A stretch of 64,000 bases of DNA from Candidatus Bathyarchaeia archaeon (GCA_049513715.1 JBEKVV010000008.1:1-64000); one strand, 5' to 3'. Shown: positions 46,988 to 57,209, counted from the stretch's first letter. Program-made: numbers and translations. Notes: generated by a model from the letters alone, not told the origin.

Positions 46988-47635
46988 CTACGCTAACCTC
47001 TCTGACTGGACCCTTTCGAGGCTGACCGAAAACCGCCTTCCGAGCGCGACCAAGGCCAGTCCGACTGTGAGGATCGTCAGCGAAATGACAGTTGGGGTGA
47101 GTCTGATGCCCCATGGCGTGTAGTTGAGCACGAGCCCGACCAACGGAACCAGTGCCAAGCTTAGCCCAACGCTCAGCGCGAAACGCTCGATTCCATCCAA
47201 GTCGCGCCCTTTCGGGAAGAGGGCCTCGACTGTCACGTAGCCCGGCAGGAATAGAACAAACACGGAGCCCAAGACCCATCGCACTGCCACCAGCGGAAGC
47301 TCGGCCGAAAGCGTGTAGATCGCAAGCACCGTCATCAGCGACGCTGCCACTGACGCATAGAACCACACGTTTCTTTCCCAAAGTCCAAGATACTCCCTCA
47401 GGGATCTCACATGCGGTGGCACATCTTCAGCCTCAACCTGATTCCGCTCGACAAGACGCCACACCAGATCCGTGACCTCAGTGTCACTTAAGGACGGGTT
47501 CTTCGCTTGAAGAGCATCCAATAACACTGGGACGGTCGTTGTGCCGTTCTTCCTCAAATAGTCAAGCGCCTGATCATCTAGGCTTTTCGCCGTGGACAAA
47601 ACGAGATGCGGCTGCTTGCCGTTCTTCCCATTCAT
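46988..47635 (-). CDS. DUF1616 membrane-domain protein with an N-terminal helical (HTH-like) region
   Basis: LFLPGY...LFP...IERFALSVGLSLALVPLVGLVLNYTPWGIRL. Confidence 0.85.
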   Translation of the reverse strand: MNGKNGKQPHLVLSTAKSLDDQALDYLRKNGTTTVPVLLDALQAKNPSLSDTEVTDLVWRLVERNQVEAEDVPPHVRSLREYLGLWERNVWFYASVAASLMTVLAIYTLSAELPLVAVRWVLGSVFVLFLPGYVTVEALFPKGRDLDGIERFALSVGLSLALVPLVGLVLNYTPWGIRLTPTVISLTILTVGLALVALGRRFSVSLERVQSERLA

Positions 47636-47706
47636 GCCAACGACGCCCGGCTGTCGCCACTGCTATATAGAATGGAGAATGATGATGCAAACGGATTGAT
47701 CCGCGA

Positions 47707-48192
47707 ATGCGCAGCTCCTGGAGAATTCTCATCCTCACGATCGCCACGATGCTTATTTTTGTCGCCGTGCAGTCGAACAATTTCACGTACCTTCGCGCAA
47801 ATGAAATTCAACCCGGATTCAACCAGGCGATCACGCAAGTCCGCTTGGCCGAGTCGTCGGGTGCAACGCAGAGCGAGATCACTGAACTTCTCACACCGCT
47901 GAACAAGGCGCTCGACCTGAACGAGCAAGCACTTAAGCTGACGTCGCCCAACGACGCGCAGCGGCGCGCAGAACTTCTCACCCAGGTTAATGCGATGCTG
48001 AACGATGTGCAAACGAGGGCCAGCGAGCTGGAGACTGTAGCCTCCCAGAGAACTCGCACCAATACCCTGCTCGCGTACGTCTACGGCGGCATCGCGGCTG
48101 CAGTTGGAACATTCGCCTACGCGGTCCTCATGGTTTTCTATCGACGGTACCGTATCAAACGCACATCCCAAATGAAGGTCACCGCAAAATGA
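47707..48192 (+). CDS. Membrane protein with helical ectodomain
   Basis: N-terminal and C-terminal TM helices flanking an amphipathic helical bundle. Confidence 0.7.
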   Translation: MRSSWRILILTIATMLIFVAVQSNNFTYLRANEIQPGFNQAITQVRLAESSGATQSEITELLTPLNKALDLNEQALKLTSPNDAQRRAELLTQVNAMLNDVQTRASELETVASQRTRTNTLLAYVYGGIAAAVGTFAYAVLMVFYRRYRIKRTSQMKVTAK

Positions 48193-48821
48193 GCTTAATA
48201 TCATCACAGAACAAGCGCACATTCATCATAGTCTTCATTACGCTTCTAGTCGTTTTCGAGATGATCGCGTACGTGGCCACGACTCCACGTCCACGCGAAC
48301 AGTTCTTCCAGCTCTATGTTCTCGGCTCGAAGAGAATGGCCGCTGATTACTATCCAAACAACGACACCGATATTTCGCGCGGCGAAATGGTCACCTGGTA
48401 CCTGGGCGCCACGAACTCCATGGGCAACGTCCAGTTCGCCGAGATTCGCGTTAAGCTAGGCAACCAGACCATAAAGCCGCCCGATGACCAACTGGCGCTG
48501 CCGTCTCCGGCGCCACTCGTCACAGAATTCAAACGCTTCACGCAAGACAATGAGACGTGGGAATTCCCGTTTGTCTGGCGCGTCACTAACGTCAGATTCG
48601 CGAACAACTCTGCAAAGATCTTGGAGCTTGAGATCAACGGTGAGACCTTTCAGGTAGTTGACTGCTCCGCTCGTGGCGGTTACAACTTTCGGTTGATCTT
48701 TGAGCTTTGGACATGGGATACGGGCACGGGAGCGTTTCAGTTCGGCTGGGTCACTGGCGGCGAGCATCGAGTGGCTTGGCTGCAAGTCTGGTTCAACATG
48801 ACAACTCCTACAGCGGTGTAA
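48189..48821 (+). CDS. DUF1616 C-terminal (extracellular) domain protein
   Basis: TM helix, then EQFFQLYVLG...AADYYP...RLIFELW...WLQVWFN. Confidence 0.75.
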   Translation: MSLISSQNKRTFIIVFITLLVVFEMIAYVATTPRPREQFFQLYVLGSKRMAADYYPNNDTDISRGEMVTWYLGATNSMGNVQFAEIRVKLGNQTIKPPDDQLALPSPAPLVTEFKRFTQDNETWEFPFVWRVTNVRFANNSAKILELEINGETFQVVDCSARGGYNFRLIFELWTWDTGTGAFQFGWVTGGEHRVAWLQVWFNMTTPTAV

Positions 48822-48853
48822 GAGGCGCTGACTAATTCTGTCCAGCTCGTCGT

Positions 48854-49111
48854 CTACTGACCTTTCCGCTCAGAGCCCGCTACAGTGTCCGTCTGAGTCA
48901 AAGCGGGTTCCGACTCGAGTGGGACTGGTGGAGGTGTCGTTGCCATGGTCCACCCAATCCATGCCAATATTATGAGCACCCCTGCCACAGCGACGAACGC
49001 GGTAACCTGCAGAACCATAACCGGGAAAGCGTAGACGAGCCATGCGTAGACAATGATCCCAACCACGCTGCCGACAAGGAGCGCGGTGCCGATTGCTCTG
49101 TCTTTATTCAT
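48854..49111 (-). CDS. Small two-TM archaeal protein, possibly DPM2-like
   Basis: MNKDRAIG...IVYAW...ILAWIGWTMATTPPP. Confidence 0.8.
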   Translation of the reverse strand: MNKDRAIGTALLVGSVVGIIVYAWLVYAFPVMVLQVTAFVAVAGVLIILAWIGWTMATTPPPVPLESEPALTQTDTVAGSERKGQ

Positions 49112-49112
49112 T

Positions 49113-49487
49113 CTACGTGTTTACCTCTAACAATCCAAGATACGTCTGGTATCGTGGATCTTGCAACCAACCTCGCACTCTTGGAGCCCAACTGAACACT
49201 CCACGGGGCTTGGCGAACTCCTGAAGCATCATCGTCGCTCTTGTTCTTCCGACTCTTCCGATGCGGCTAACCATCTGAACGATCTTCAATGCAACGCGTA
49301 GGGCCTGCACCATTAGTTTCGTGTTGCTGATTTTGCCCCTAGCCTTGGCTACCCATAAAGCGCACCGGAACAGCGCTCTATCCGCAGTATCAAGGTGTCC
49401 CCAATTCCCGTTTCTGAGGCCCCTACGCAGGAAACCAACCAAGCAAGGATAAGTGATAGAATTACCATCTTCAAGCAAATCACTCAT
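49113..49487 (-). CDS. Basic hypothetical protein
   Basis: RRGLRNGNW..LD...RALFRCA....W..DPRYQTYLG; co-oriented with the DPM2-like gene, 1-nt gap. Confidence 0.7.
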   Translation of the reverse strand: MSDLLEDGNSITYPCLVGFLRRGLRNGNWGHLDTADRALFRCALWVAKARGKISNTKLMVQALRVALKIVQMVSRIGRVGRTRATMMLQEFAKPRGVFSWAPRVRGWLQDPRYQTYLGLLEVNT

Positions 49488-49756
49488 CCAATCCTTAGCT
49501 GATCTACGGCCCGAATGATGCGATTGTGTAGTGGCCGCGAACACGGAAACTGTAGCACCTTGAACTCGAAAGAACCATCAATGGTTATAATTCATTGCGA
49601 GTTGCACACTAGAATACAGGCAAGGGTCTTCTATGAGACTTGTTCTTTTTACTTGTTGTTGTCAAACCTCGTTCAGAGAGCACAGCTCCTCTAGAAGTCG
49701 TGTCGGGAACTTTATTATTGCGCCGACCACGACCTAACCTTGAATGGGAAGCCACT

Positions 49757-50896
49757 TTGGTTTATTGCAACGGTTGCGGTACCAGACCCGCCCAACACGA
49801 CAACTACTGCCGAACCTGCGGAAAAAAGATCAGCCATCTCCCTATGCTTTGGAGGATAAGGCAGAATGTCTCTGTGCCTGTTCGGCTAGGGGCCAGAATG
49901 GAAATTGAGACTAGAAGACCTGTCATGAGAACTATGGAAAACAACTCCGCAATCAATAGTACAACCGACGCCAACCCAAACGTGGCAATGGTCGCTCGGT
50001 CTGGAGAAGTAATGACCAAAACTGAACAAGTTCACAGGCAAGATGCGAACTTTGAGTTGGCGCCGAGCCTCCCGGAAGAAGAGGAACTAATCGTCAAGAT
50101 GAAAGAATTAGAGACGACCAACCTTCGCGCCAAATCTCGGAAAAAGGGAATTCAACCCTCAACTATCGCGGGCTACACCATGGTTGCCACGGGCGTTATT
50201 TCTCTAGCGTTGTCAGTCTATGTCTCATCAACAATCCTCGTCTTCATGGGTCTGGGGCTCACGTTCTGGGGGGCCCTCCTCCTATTTATCAGGCCTCAGA
50301 AGTACGTGAGATCGGCGCTCATGGACTCCACCGCGCTCTCGTCCATGAGAACGATCGACCGTGTCATGACAAGCTTGGGTTATCTTGAGAAGGGCATCTA
50401 CATCCCGGGGGGAAATCCTGAAAGAGCGGTCGTCTTCGTCCCTTCCGAACCATTTGGGAGAATTCCGAAGGCCAAGGAGATTGAGGATCAAACGTTCATC
50501 GAGAACCCAAAGGGCATTGTTATGATTCCTCCCGGTCTCGCGTTGGCAAACTTGATCGAAAAGGAACTCGGCGTCGATTTGAAGAAATGCAGCCTGGAAG
50601 CTCTGAACGAACGCTTGCCGAAGCTGATCATTGAGGATCTGGAGATAGCACAGAACTTTGAAATGCACGTCAACGGCGACGAAGTGCGCTTCAAGTTCGA
50701 TGGATCAATCTACTCCGACTTCTGCCACAAACTCAGTAACAGCACGAGGGTTTGTGCAGGTCTGGGGTGCCCGATGTGCAGCGCCATGGCATGCGTGCTC
50801 GCCATATCAACAGGCAGACCCGTTTCATTCGAAGGGGACAAGTTTTCCGCAGACGGCAAGTCACTCGAATCCTCTTATCGCATCCTCGAGGCTTGA
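49757..50896 (+). CDS. Zn-ribbon plus two-TM plus Cys-rich (V4R-like) domain protein
   Basis: CNGCG...YCRTCG; two TM helices; C-terminal FCHKL...VCAGLGCPMCSAMAC; start uncertain. Confidence 0.7.
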   Translation: MVYCNGCGTRPAQHDNYCRTCGKKISHLPMLWRIRQNVSVPVRLGARMEIETRRPVMRTMENNSAINSTTDANPNVAMVARSGEVMTKTEQVHRQDANFELAPSLPEEEELIVKMKELETTNLRAKSRKKGIQPSTIAGYTMVATGVISLALSVYVSSTILVFMGLGLTFWGALLLFIRPQKYVRSALMDSTALSSMRTIDRVMTSLGYLEKGIYIPGGNPERAVVFVPSEPFGRIPKAKEIEDQTFIENPKGIVMIPPGLALANLIEKELGVDLKKCSLEALNERLPKLIIEDLEIAQNFEMHVNGDEVRFKFDGSIYSDFCHKLSNSTRVCAGLGCPMCSAMACVLAISTGRPVSFEGDKFSADGKSLESSYRILEA

Positions 50897-50902
50897 AGCT
50901 CA

Positions 50903-51115
50903 ATGTGGTTCCCGCTGGGTTTCGGGGATCTCAGCCTCTGGACTGCCGTCGTGGCGATAATACTGCTCATCACGTCCGAGCTGTTGTCGCCCCAGTACGG
51001 AATGACAGGGATCATGATAAACAGACGTCGACTGCGTTTCGTAGCTCTTATGGTCGCCTTCGTCTTCTTGGGCACCGTGGCCTACAGAGTCTACGAAATA
51101 GTCATCAAACCGTGA
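50903..51115 (+). CDS. Small two-TM hypothetical protein
   Basis: FPL..DLSLW.AV.AIILLITSELLSP.YG; operonic spacing after the upstream gene. Confidence 0.75.
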   Translation: MWFPLGFGDLSLWTAVVAIILLITSELLSPQYGMTGIMINRRRLRFVALMVAFVFLGTVAYRVYEIVIKP

Positions 51116-51250
51116 CCTTTAGCCCAAGGCATGTGAGTCAGACTATGATCTAGGGTGCGTTTCTCTATTTGCTCAGGTTCGAGCACAGGAACACTATTTA
51201 TCGTTAGCACGATGATGCTGCTGGCCATCGGGCCCGAATCCGCTAAAGCG

Positions 51251-51571
51251 CTACTCGGAAACGCTCAAACTTTTCTCAAGCGACCGTCTCTTTGCCTCAA
51301 CAACTTCGGAATGCTTTTGCAGTTCACTAAAATCTTCCAGAAACTGGCGGCCCTTCTCTGTGGCCACGTAGATCTTCTCTTTCTCGTTTCGCGCTTGCAG
51401 AAGGCCGAGGTTCACAAGCATCTCTAGGTACTTCTGGAGAAGGTCGAAGCTAAGGTTGCCCTGGTACATAATTCGTGTCTTTCGGGAGCCGTTCTTTGCG
51501 ATTTCAAGGATGCCTGCGGTTATCTCCATCCGGTTTCTGTAAGGCCTTCTGCGGCCGTTTGACTGTTCCAT
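51251..51571 (-). CDS. Winged-HTH regulator (HTH_45-like archaeal family)
   Basis: RNRMEITAGIL...KTRIMYQGNLS...YL...ATEKGRQFL. Confidence 0.9.
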   Translation of the reverse strand: MEQSNGRRRPYRNRMEITAGILEIAKNGSRKTRIMYQGNLSFDLLQKYLEMLVNLGLLQARNEKEKIYVATEKGRQFLEDFSELQKHSEVVEAKRRSLEKSLSVSE

Positions 51572-51667
51572 GTAACCCCATTTGGCACCCGAAGGGCGTG
51601 GGAGGGTAGGGTACAGGCTGAAAAGGCAGTTGTGAAAGTCTTTTCTAGAACATTAATCCAGTCCGCT

Positions 51668-51988
51668 TCACGCGTAAATAGACTCTCGTTCATTGTCCAA
51701 GGCAAGAACTGAGAGCACACTCGCCACCTCGTTAGGTGAGGGGCCCCCAGTCACTCTAATCATCATCTCCGCTCCTCCTAACGATTGGGCAAAGCCATAC
51801 TTCACCAGAAAACCCAGCGCCGCATTCACCGCTTCAGGTTCGAAAGACGACTCACTAGCTAGATCCTGTCTCGTGTGCCATCTCCCATCCCTAGCCAGGA
51901 ACCACAACTCGTCAAGAACGGTTGCGAGCCGCGACAGTTTCAACGCGCCTTCCACTGACCCTGCTGACAAGCGCAGAGTTGAACCCAT
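51668..51988 (-). CDS. Small wHTH-like hypothetical protein
   Basis: DGRWHTRQDLA...LGFLVKYGFA. Confidence 0.6.
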   Translation of the reverse strand: MGSTLRLSAGSVEGALKLSRLATVLDELWFLARDGRWHTRQDLASESSFEPEAVNAALGFLVKYGFAQSLGGAEMMIRVTGGPSPNEVASVLSVLALDNERESIYA

Positions 51989-52095
51989 TTCGACATCGGC
52001 ATAGTGCGCGTTGAAGTCTCTAAACTAAAAACATCGATGAGCTGATGTACAAGAAAGTTGCCATGCCAGCTTCTATAAATCGTGTACTACCAACA

Positions 52096-52123
52096 GATCA
52101 GCGGTCGCACGGTTCCGCTGATC
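52096..52123. terminator. 9-bp stem-loop downstream of the wHTH gene (terminator or operator)
   Basis: GATCAGCGG(52096-52104)/CCGCTGATC(52115-52123). Confidence 0.35.
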
Positions 52124-52136
52124 GAGAAGGATTCGA

Positions 52137-52433
52137 TTAAGGTGTCTTCTGGACGAAGTACTCTGAAAGATGTGTATACTCTTTCAGGAATTCGATTCCT
52201 TTCTCCGTGGCTTTGAACATGTTTGTGCCAGTTTCTTCGTCCACGAACCTCATAAGCAGGCCCTTATTTTCTAGAAACGTTAGGTACTTTTCGAGTTGCC
52301 TGTGGCTCAAATTCGCCTTATACATGATGTGCGTTTTGAGCGTTCCGCTGCCCGCAACCTTCAACATGCTGCCCAATATTTCGACTCGTGTCCTATTACC
52401 GAACTGTTCCTGGCTCTCTTCTAGATGAAGCAC
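52137..52433 (-). CDS. Winged-HTH regulator (HTH_45-like archaeal family)
   Basis: RTRVEILGSML...KTHIMYKANLS...YL...ATEKGIEFL. Confidence 0.9.
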   Translation of the reverse strand: MLHLEESQEQFGNRTRVEILGSMLKVAGSGTLKTHIMYKANLSHRQLEKYLTFLENKGLLMRFVDEETGTNMFKATEKGIEFLKEYTHLSEYFVQKTP

Positions 52434-52967
52434 TACGAACTTGACCCGCTTGAAGGTCTATGCTTGTTTCAGTTTCAATATAAAAACTGCGTGGAAAGAA
52501 AAAACTTAGCAAATCCATAACTCACCGGATATTCCAGGTTGAACAGTTGAATGCCCAAAACAATATGCGCTAACCACACATTTCAACGGAAACTGTGACG
52601 AAAGAAGTTGGACGAATGAATCTGCCCCGTGCGACCAACAGCCACCGTTAATGTCTCAGGTTTATGTTTCCTCTAACACATCCAACGCATCGACTTCTGC
52701 TAAGGCTCTTAGACGTTCTGTCGACCATGTGCCTGAAGATCCACTGGAATTCTGATTGACTAGAGAGAGGGTTAATCCGTGCTCCATTCTCAGTTTCTGA
52801 AGAAGAATTCATCAAGGAAAATTGGAGCGAAACAACTGCGGCTCATTTCGGTTCTTTATTGCAACAATATGTGGAAGCTGGAATGAGCGCCAAAGGACTA
52901 AGATAGAATATGCTTGTTGTTGGTGTTTGTTGGATAAGAAGGGGGGAAGTTCTACAACGTTCGACGC

Positions 52968-55900
52968 TTAGAGGCGTCTGCGTCGTAGTACGTAGAGTGA
53001 TGCTGCTAGCGCTGAGAATGCTACAACCGCTATTGATGTGAACTCTGGCACCGGGATGTTGCTTCGTTCCAGTTGGAACGAGACGCCCGATGAGCTTTGT
53101 CCGCTGCTGATGGTGAGGGATTGGCTTACTGTGGTGAAGCCTTGGTTACCGCTTGGAGTCCAAGCGATGACCTGCATGTTGTACTGACCTGCGTCCAGGT
53201 AGGCGTCGTAGAATCCGTCACGAGTCCACGTGCTGAAGGTTTGGTTGCCCGTGGCTGATGCAAACTGGATCGTGTCCCAGGACTCTGTGCGGAAGTCGTT
53301 CGCCCACGTGAATCCGTAGACGTTTCCGCTGATGTACCCGCGCTTGTCAAGTTCGTAGATTGCTGAGGCTTCTGCTCCTAGGTGAGCGTTGGGTATACTC
53401 CACACTTGGCGTTGAGCATATGGACCTAAGCCGTTTGCAGCTAAGCTGTCACCCGAGTATCCGAAGGGTCCCGCTGGGCTTCCCGGAATCGTGTGGAAGC
53501 TATCGCCTTCCAGTAGACCTTCAGCTGCTGGGAACCAGTTCGACTGAAGCGGGAACCCGTCAGCGCCGAAGTTGTTCTTCGGGTACAGGTTCACCGTGTC
53601 AACCTCAGCAGTCCAGCCACCGCTGTAGCTGCTGGGTATGGTGGTTGAGAAGCCGTCAATACCGTAGAGGTACGAGTCGACTTTCTGTCCGCTTGAACCG
53701 TCCCATGCCTTAGTGTGCAGTATACTGGAACCAGATCCATCTAGTGGGTCACCGTCGTAGTCATACATTCCGTACAATTCGACGCGTACTTGTTGCGTCC
53801 GAGCCGGAATGGCTCCACGCCAGTAGCCTTCACCCCAACCTTTCACGTTCTTCTGTATGTTGTAGAACGAAGACCAAACTTGGCTTGCCTGCCCTTGGTT
53901 GCTGTCGAAACCTTGCCAAACGGCGATGCCTGGGGACGATGACCCATAATAGTCACCGAACCAAATGAAGCCATCACCGTTAGCTGTGCCACCGTCGACA
54001 CTCTTCAAACCATTGCCCACATCAGGCGATGGTGAGAACGGGTCGGGGTAGTAAGTGTAACCGCTGCCAATGCCGCTAGCGTCCCTCCCGCGACCAACCG
54101 CGTCGGTTGCATCCTTCAGGTGGAATTGGTCAACTGCCTGCGATGATTGCGTGGCAACCAAGTTGCCGGCATCGTCGAAGAGTCTTACTCGCATTGTCAT
54201 GTTGAAGTCGGTGGGTGTGAAGATGCCCTCTTTCTTGAAGGGTATGTTGATGGTGACGTTGACACCTTGCAGTAGGTTCACTCTAATGTCGCCAAATCCA
54301 CCCTTCGGTGCGTAGACACTGAACTCCTGGTGCTGCACGTATCCTGGCGTGAACCAGAACGCCGTGTAGGTTCCAGTTTCCAAGCCTATGCTCGTCGTGA
54401 AGGGGGGTGCACCTCGCCTGTAGAGTGAGGGATTCGCCAAGAAGCCGCCACCATACTGGCCTATGTCCCAGTACTGGAGATTACCACCAAACTCCCAGCC
54501 AGGGCCGTTGTCAGCTCCATCCGATTCGAGGTTGTTGACACCGTCGAACTCTTGCACCTCGACGTTGGTAGCCCCTGCTATTTGACGCACGTCAATGTCT
54601 CCGTACGCGTATCCATTCTGATCGAACACGTACCCTCGCAACTCAGTGCCCGGTAGCTCCCACGGCTTTGCGGTCGTGGGGTGCTCCCAGTCGATACTGT
54701 AGATGGTGATGTTGAGTATGGCTCCACGGTAGAGGTGGTTGCTGATCTGCGCAGGGTTGCCGCTCAACGTAAGCGAAACGGATTCGAAGGTTTGCTGAAC
54801 GTACCCACGCATATACACGTAAACCGTGTATGTGCCTGCGGGTAATCCGTAGTCACGATGGCCTGCTGGGATGAAGTCAGAGTATTTGATTCCGAACGTG
54901 TCGGGTCCCATCATGCCGAACCCGTTGATCTGTATGCTTCTGTTCTCATCAGTGCCCAAGACATGTGTGAAGTTCAGGCCCCACAGCACTCCGTTCGAAT
55001 CGCGAACCTCAGCAATCAGGTATCTGCTACCTGCTGCTAGGCCGTTCTTCGGACTGGGCCCAAGGCAGCCGTTCACCGCGCATTCTTGTAGCGTGCCTGG
55101 CAAGTCGTGGAAGTGAACGGTCTTGTTGATGGTACTGCTGATTCGAAGGTCCATGGGCATGAATACGTCTCCAGCCCACTCATCCTTCGCAACATCAAAG
55201 TAGTACTCGTCAAGCGTCTGGCCGTCTTGGAGTGTTTGCGTGTATCCGTTGATCCACGCCCTCACCCAGTACCGACCAGCCGTTAAGCCGTTGACCCATG
55301 TTGCCAAAGCCTGTGGAACGTGTCCATCAAAGTCTGTTGGTGCACCGTAAACTCCCTTCACTCCGAATCGGTAGATGAAACTGTTCGAGCCACCACCGTT
55401 CGTGAATTTGCCTGCTCCGTCAACCCACCAGTACTGCGCTGGACCAACACCGTTCTGCTTGCCGCATAGGTCGTTCTTTCCACCGCATTGCACTCCGTTT
55501 TCAGCGAAGTTGTTGGCGAGGGGATAGTTTTGTGCTGGGAAGAATTGGCTGTAGTACGATCCACCCCAAGCCGCATTTGCTGCGAACCACGGGTAGGCCA
55601 CGGGCCTGGGTGTTGGACAACCAGACGCGTCATGCGTACTCGTTGAAACAGTTTCGCAAGCACTGTTAGGGGGGTAGGCGCCTTTATTCATGCCTCGGAA
55701 GGAATCCCAATCATAAGCCATGAATGGTGGATGCGTCAAGTTCAGAGGTGAGAACGCTCTAACACTGCTGCTAGCGTAATCGTTGGCGCCGTAAAGTTCC
55801 ACGTACACCGGTCTCGGGTTGCTTGGCCAAGGTTCTTCACCAAACAAGTGTTTGCTGTAGATTTGTCCATTGACAACTGGTCCTGGGTTCAGGTAGATGT

Positions 55901-57158
55901 CCAAATGGAACGATTGGCCGGGTAGTATGGTTACTTGTGATGCGACGAGCTGCGCGGGGTACCCTGCTGCCTCGGCGTATACGTCGTATACACCTGAAGC
56001 GACGCCCTCAACTTCAAAGTGACCTTGAGCTGAGGCGTTGAAGTAGCCCATAGCAGTTACGTTGCGACCAGTCGACGGATGATCCGGCTTGTACGGGTCA
56101 ATTCCTGTGCCAACAGCCCAAACCTTCCCTGGGAAGTTAATGGGTTGCTGGTAGAGGGTTTGGTTGAAGGTACCATACCGGACGGTTCCGGTTATGATGC
56201 CTGGGTCAACTTCACCTTTAACCAGCAAAACTGGATAATTCTCAACTGGAACAGTAGCATTAGTAGCACCAGACGATGGAATGTACAGTGGGTTGTTAGG
56301 TACAGGGCCAGTCCAGCATGCAGCTGTTGCAACGGTCGGGTCACATTGGAACCCGTTCGTGAGGAACGTGCGAGCCATTCCTGGCCAGTTAGTGTTGAGG
56401 AATTCGTCCCACAAGAAGACTTTGAAGAAGTATTTTCCTGCAATTTTCGGCGCCACTACACTGTTGATTTTCAAGTAGTACCATTCCTGGTACTTGTGTT
56501 GTGGCCAGAAGTGAATGTCACCCTGAAAGTTGACTTGCCACCAACCGGGGCCGAATGCGTCCCAGCTGTTTGCCTTCTGAATAATCATGTCGTTGGCGGT
56601 CGCACCAAAGGTGGACTCCACGAGCCCCGGGTTATTCAGAGCGGCGGTCAAGTCGAATTCGGGTGGAATGTAGATTGTTACACCAGTGTAGTTTGCACAG
56701 TAGCCAAATCCGGGGGTACCACAGTAGCCAAGGCCAGTATGCCAGCCTGCGAAGGCTGTGGGATCGCTGAAGTTGATCGCGAAGACCAACGGTCCAGTGT
56801 TCGGGTGGTCGTCAGTTGAGGTCAATATTGCACCGAAGGGTGCGTAGGTATTGCCATCAAGCTGATAGACACTAGCCTGCTGACCGGGTGGATTACCGCC
56901 TGGGTTAGGCGATTGATAACCCGGAGGAAACAGGCCTACAGGCCCGCCTGTGTACGGTCCACTGAACGCTCCAGCACCTGCGCCTGGCGAAACGTACATG
57001 AGTGGCCCTGCTACGTGCGGGTCATAGTCGTTCGCGTGGAATCTGTAGTTCGGCGTCAAATCGCCCAACGTAAAGTGGGCACTTGCAGGAGCTATGATCG
57101 CTACGGAACTCAAAACAAAGATTGCGATTGTAAGCACGGCAACTAATTTCTTATGCAA
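52968..57158 (-). CDS. Large cell-surface glycoprotein / S-layer candidate with PEF-CTERM tail
   Basis: Minus strand: the plus strand reads TTAGAGGCGTCTG at 52968, which is the stop and RRRRL. Signal peptide from TTG 57158; carboxypeptidase-regulatory-like GxYxV modules; many NxS/T sequons; tail IPVPEF-TM-RRRR. Confidence 0.88.
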   Translation of the reverse strand: MHKKLVAVLTIAIFVLSSVAIIAPASAHFTLGDLTPNYRFHANDYDPHVAGPLMYVSPGAGAGAFSGPYTGGPVGLFPPGYQSPNPGGNPPGQQASVYQLDGNTYAPFGAILTSTDDHPNTGPLVFAINFSDPTAFAGWHTGLGYCGTPGFGYCANYTGVTIYIPPEFDLTAALNNPGLVESTFGATANDMIIQKANSWDAFGPGWWQVNFQGDIHFWPQHKYQEWYYLKINSVVAPKIAGKYFFKVFLWDEFLNTNWPGMARTFLTNGFQCDPTVATAACWTGPVPNNPLYIPSSGATNATVPVENYPVLLVKGEVDPGIITGTVRYGTFNQTLYQQPINFPGKVWAVGTGIDPYKPDHPSTGRNVTAMGYFNASAQGHFEVEGVASGVYDVYAEAAGYPAQLVASQVTILPGQSFHLDIYLNPGPVVNGQIYSKHLFGEEPWPSNPRPVYVELYGANDYASSSVRAFSPLNLTHPPFMAYDWDSFRGMNKGAYPPNSACETVSTSTHDASGCPTPRPVAYPWFAANAAWGGSYYSQFFPAQNYPLANNFAENGVQCGGKNDLCGKQNGVGPAQYWWVDGAGKFTNGGGSNSFIYRFGVKGVYGAPTDFDGHVPQALATWVNGLTAGRYWVRAWINGYTQTLQDGQTLDEYYFDVAKDEWAGDVFMPMDLRISSTINKTVHFHDLPGTLQECAVNGCLGPSPKNGLAAGSRYLIAEVRDSNGVLWGLNFTHVLGTDENRSIQINGFGMMGPDTFGIKYSDFIPAGHRDYGLPAGTYTVYVYMRGYVQQTFESVSLTLSGNPAQISNHLYRGAILNITIYSIDWEHPTTAKPWELPGTELRGYVFDQNGYAYGDIDVRQIAGATNVEVQEFDGVNNLESDGADNGPGWEFGGNLQYWDIGQYGGGFLANPSLYRRGAPPFTTSIGLETGTYTAFWFTPGYVQHQEFSVYAPKGGFGDIRVNLLQGVNVTINIPFKKEGIFTPTDFNMTMRVRLFDDAGNLVATQSSQAVDQFHLKDATDAVGRGRDASGIGSGYTYYPDPFSPSPDVGNGLKSVDGGTANGDGFIWFGDYYGSSSPGIAVWQGFDSNQGQASQVWSSFYNIQKNVKGWGEGYWRGAIPARTQQVRVELYGMYDYDGDPLDGSGSSILHTKAWDGSSGQKVDSYLYGIDGFSTTIPSSYSGGWTAEVDTVNLYPKNNFGADGFPLQSNWFPAAEGLLEGDSFHTIPGSPAGPFGYSGDSLAANGLGPYAQRQVWSIPNAHLGAEASAIYELDKRGYISGNVYGFTWANDFRTESWDTIQFASATGNQTFSTWTRDGFYDAYLDAGQYNMQVIAWTPSGNQGFTTVSQSLTISSGQSSSGVSFQLERSNIPVPEFTSIAVVAFSALAASLYVLRRRRL

Positions 57159-57209
57159 TCTTTGATTTCCCCAAAATTCAGCTCTTATCCATACCACTTT
57201 CGAGGCGCG

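Noticed and set aside
47632..48222. 196-aa minus-strand ORF
   Set aside because: Antisense to 47707-48192, which has a coherent TM-helical-TM architecture and overlaps its downstream partner (ATGA).
52968..57197. ORF track label of plus strand for the 1409-aa protein
   Set aside because: The plus strand at 52968 reads TTAGAGGCGTCTGCGTCG, the reverse complement of RRRRL-stop, so the gene is on the minus strand.
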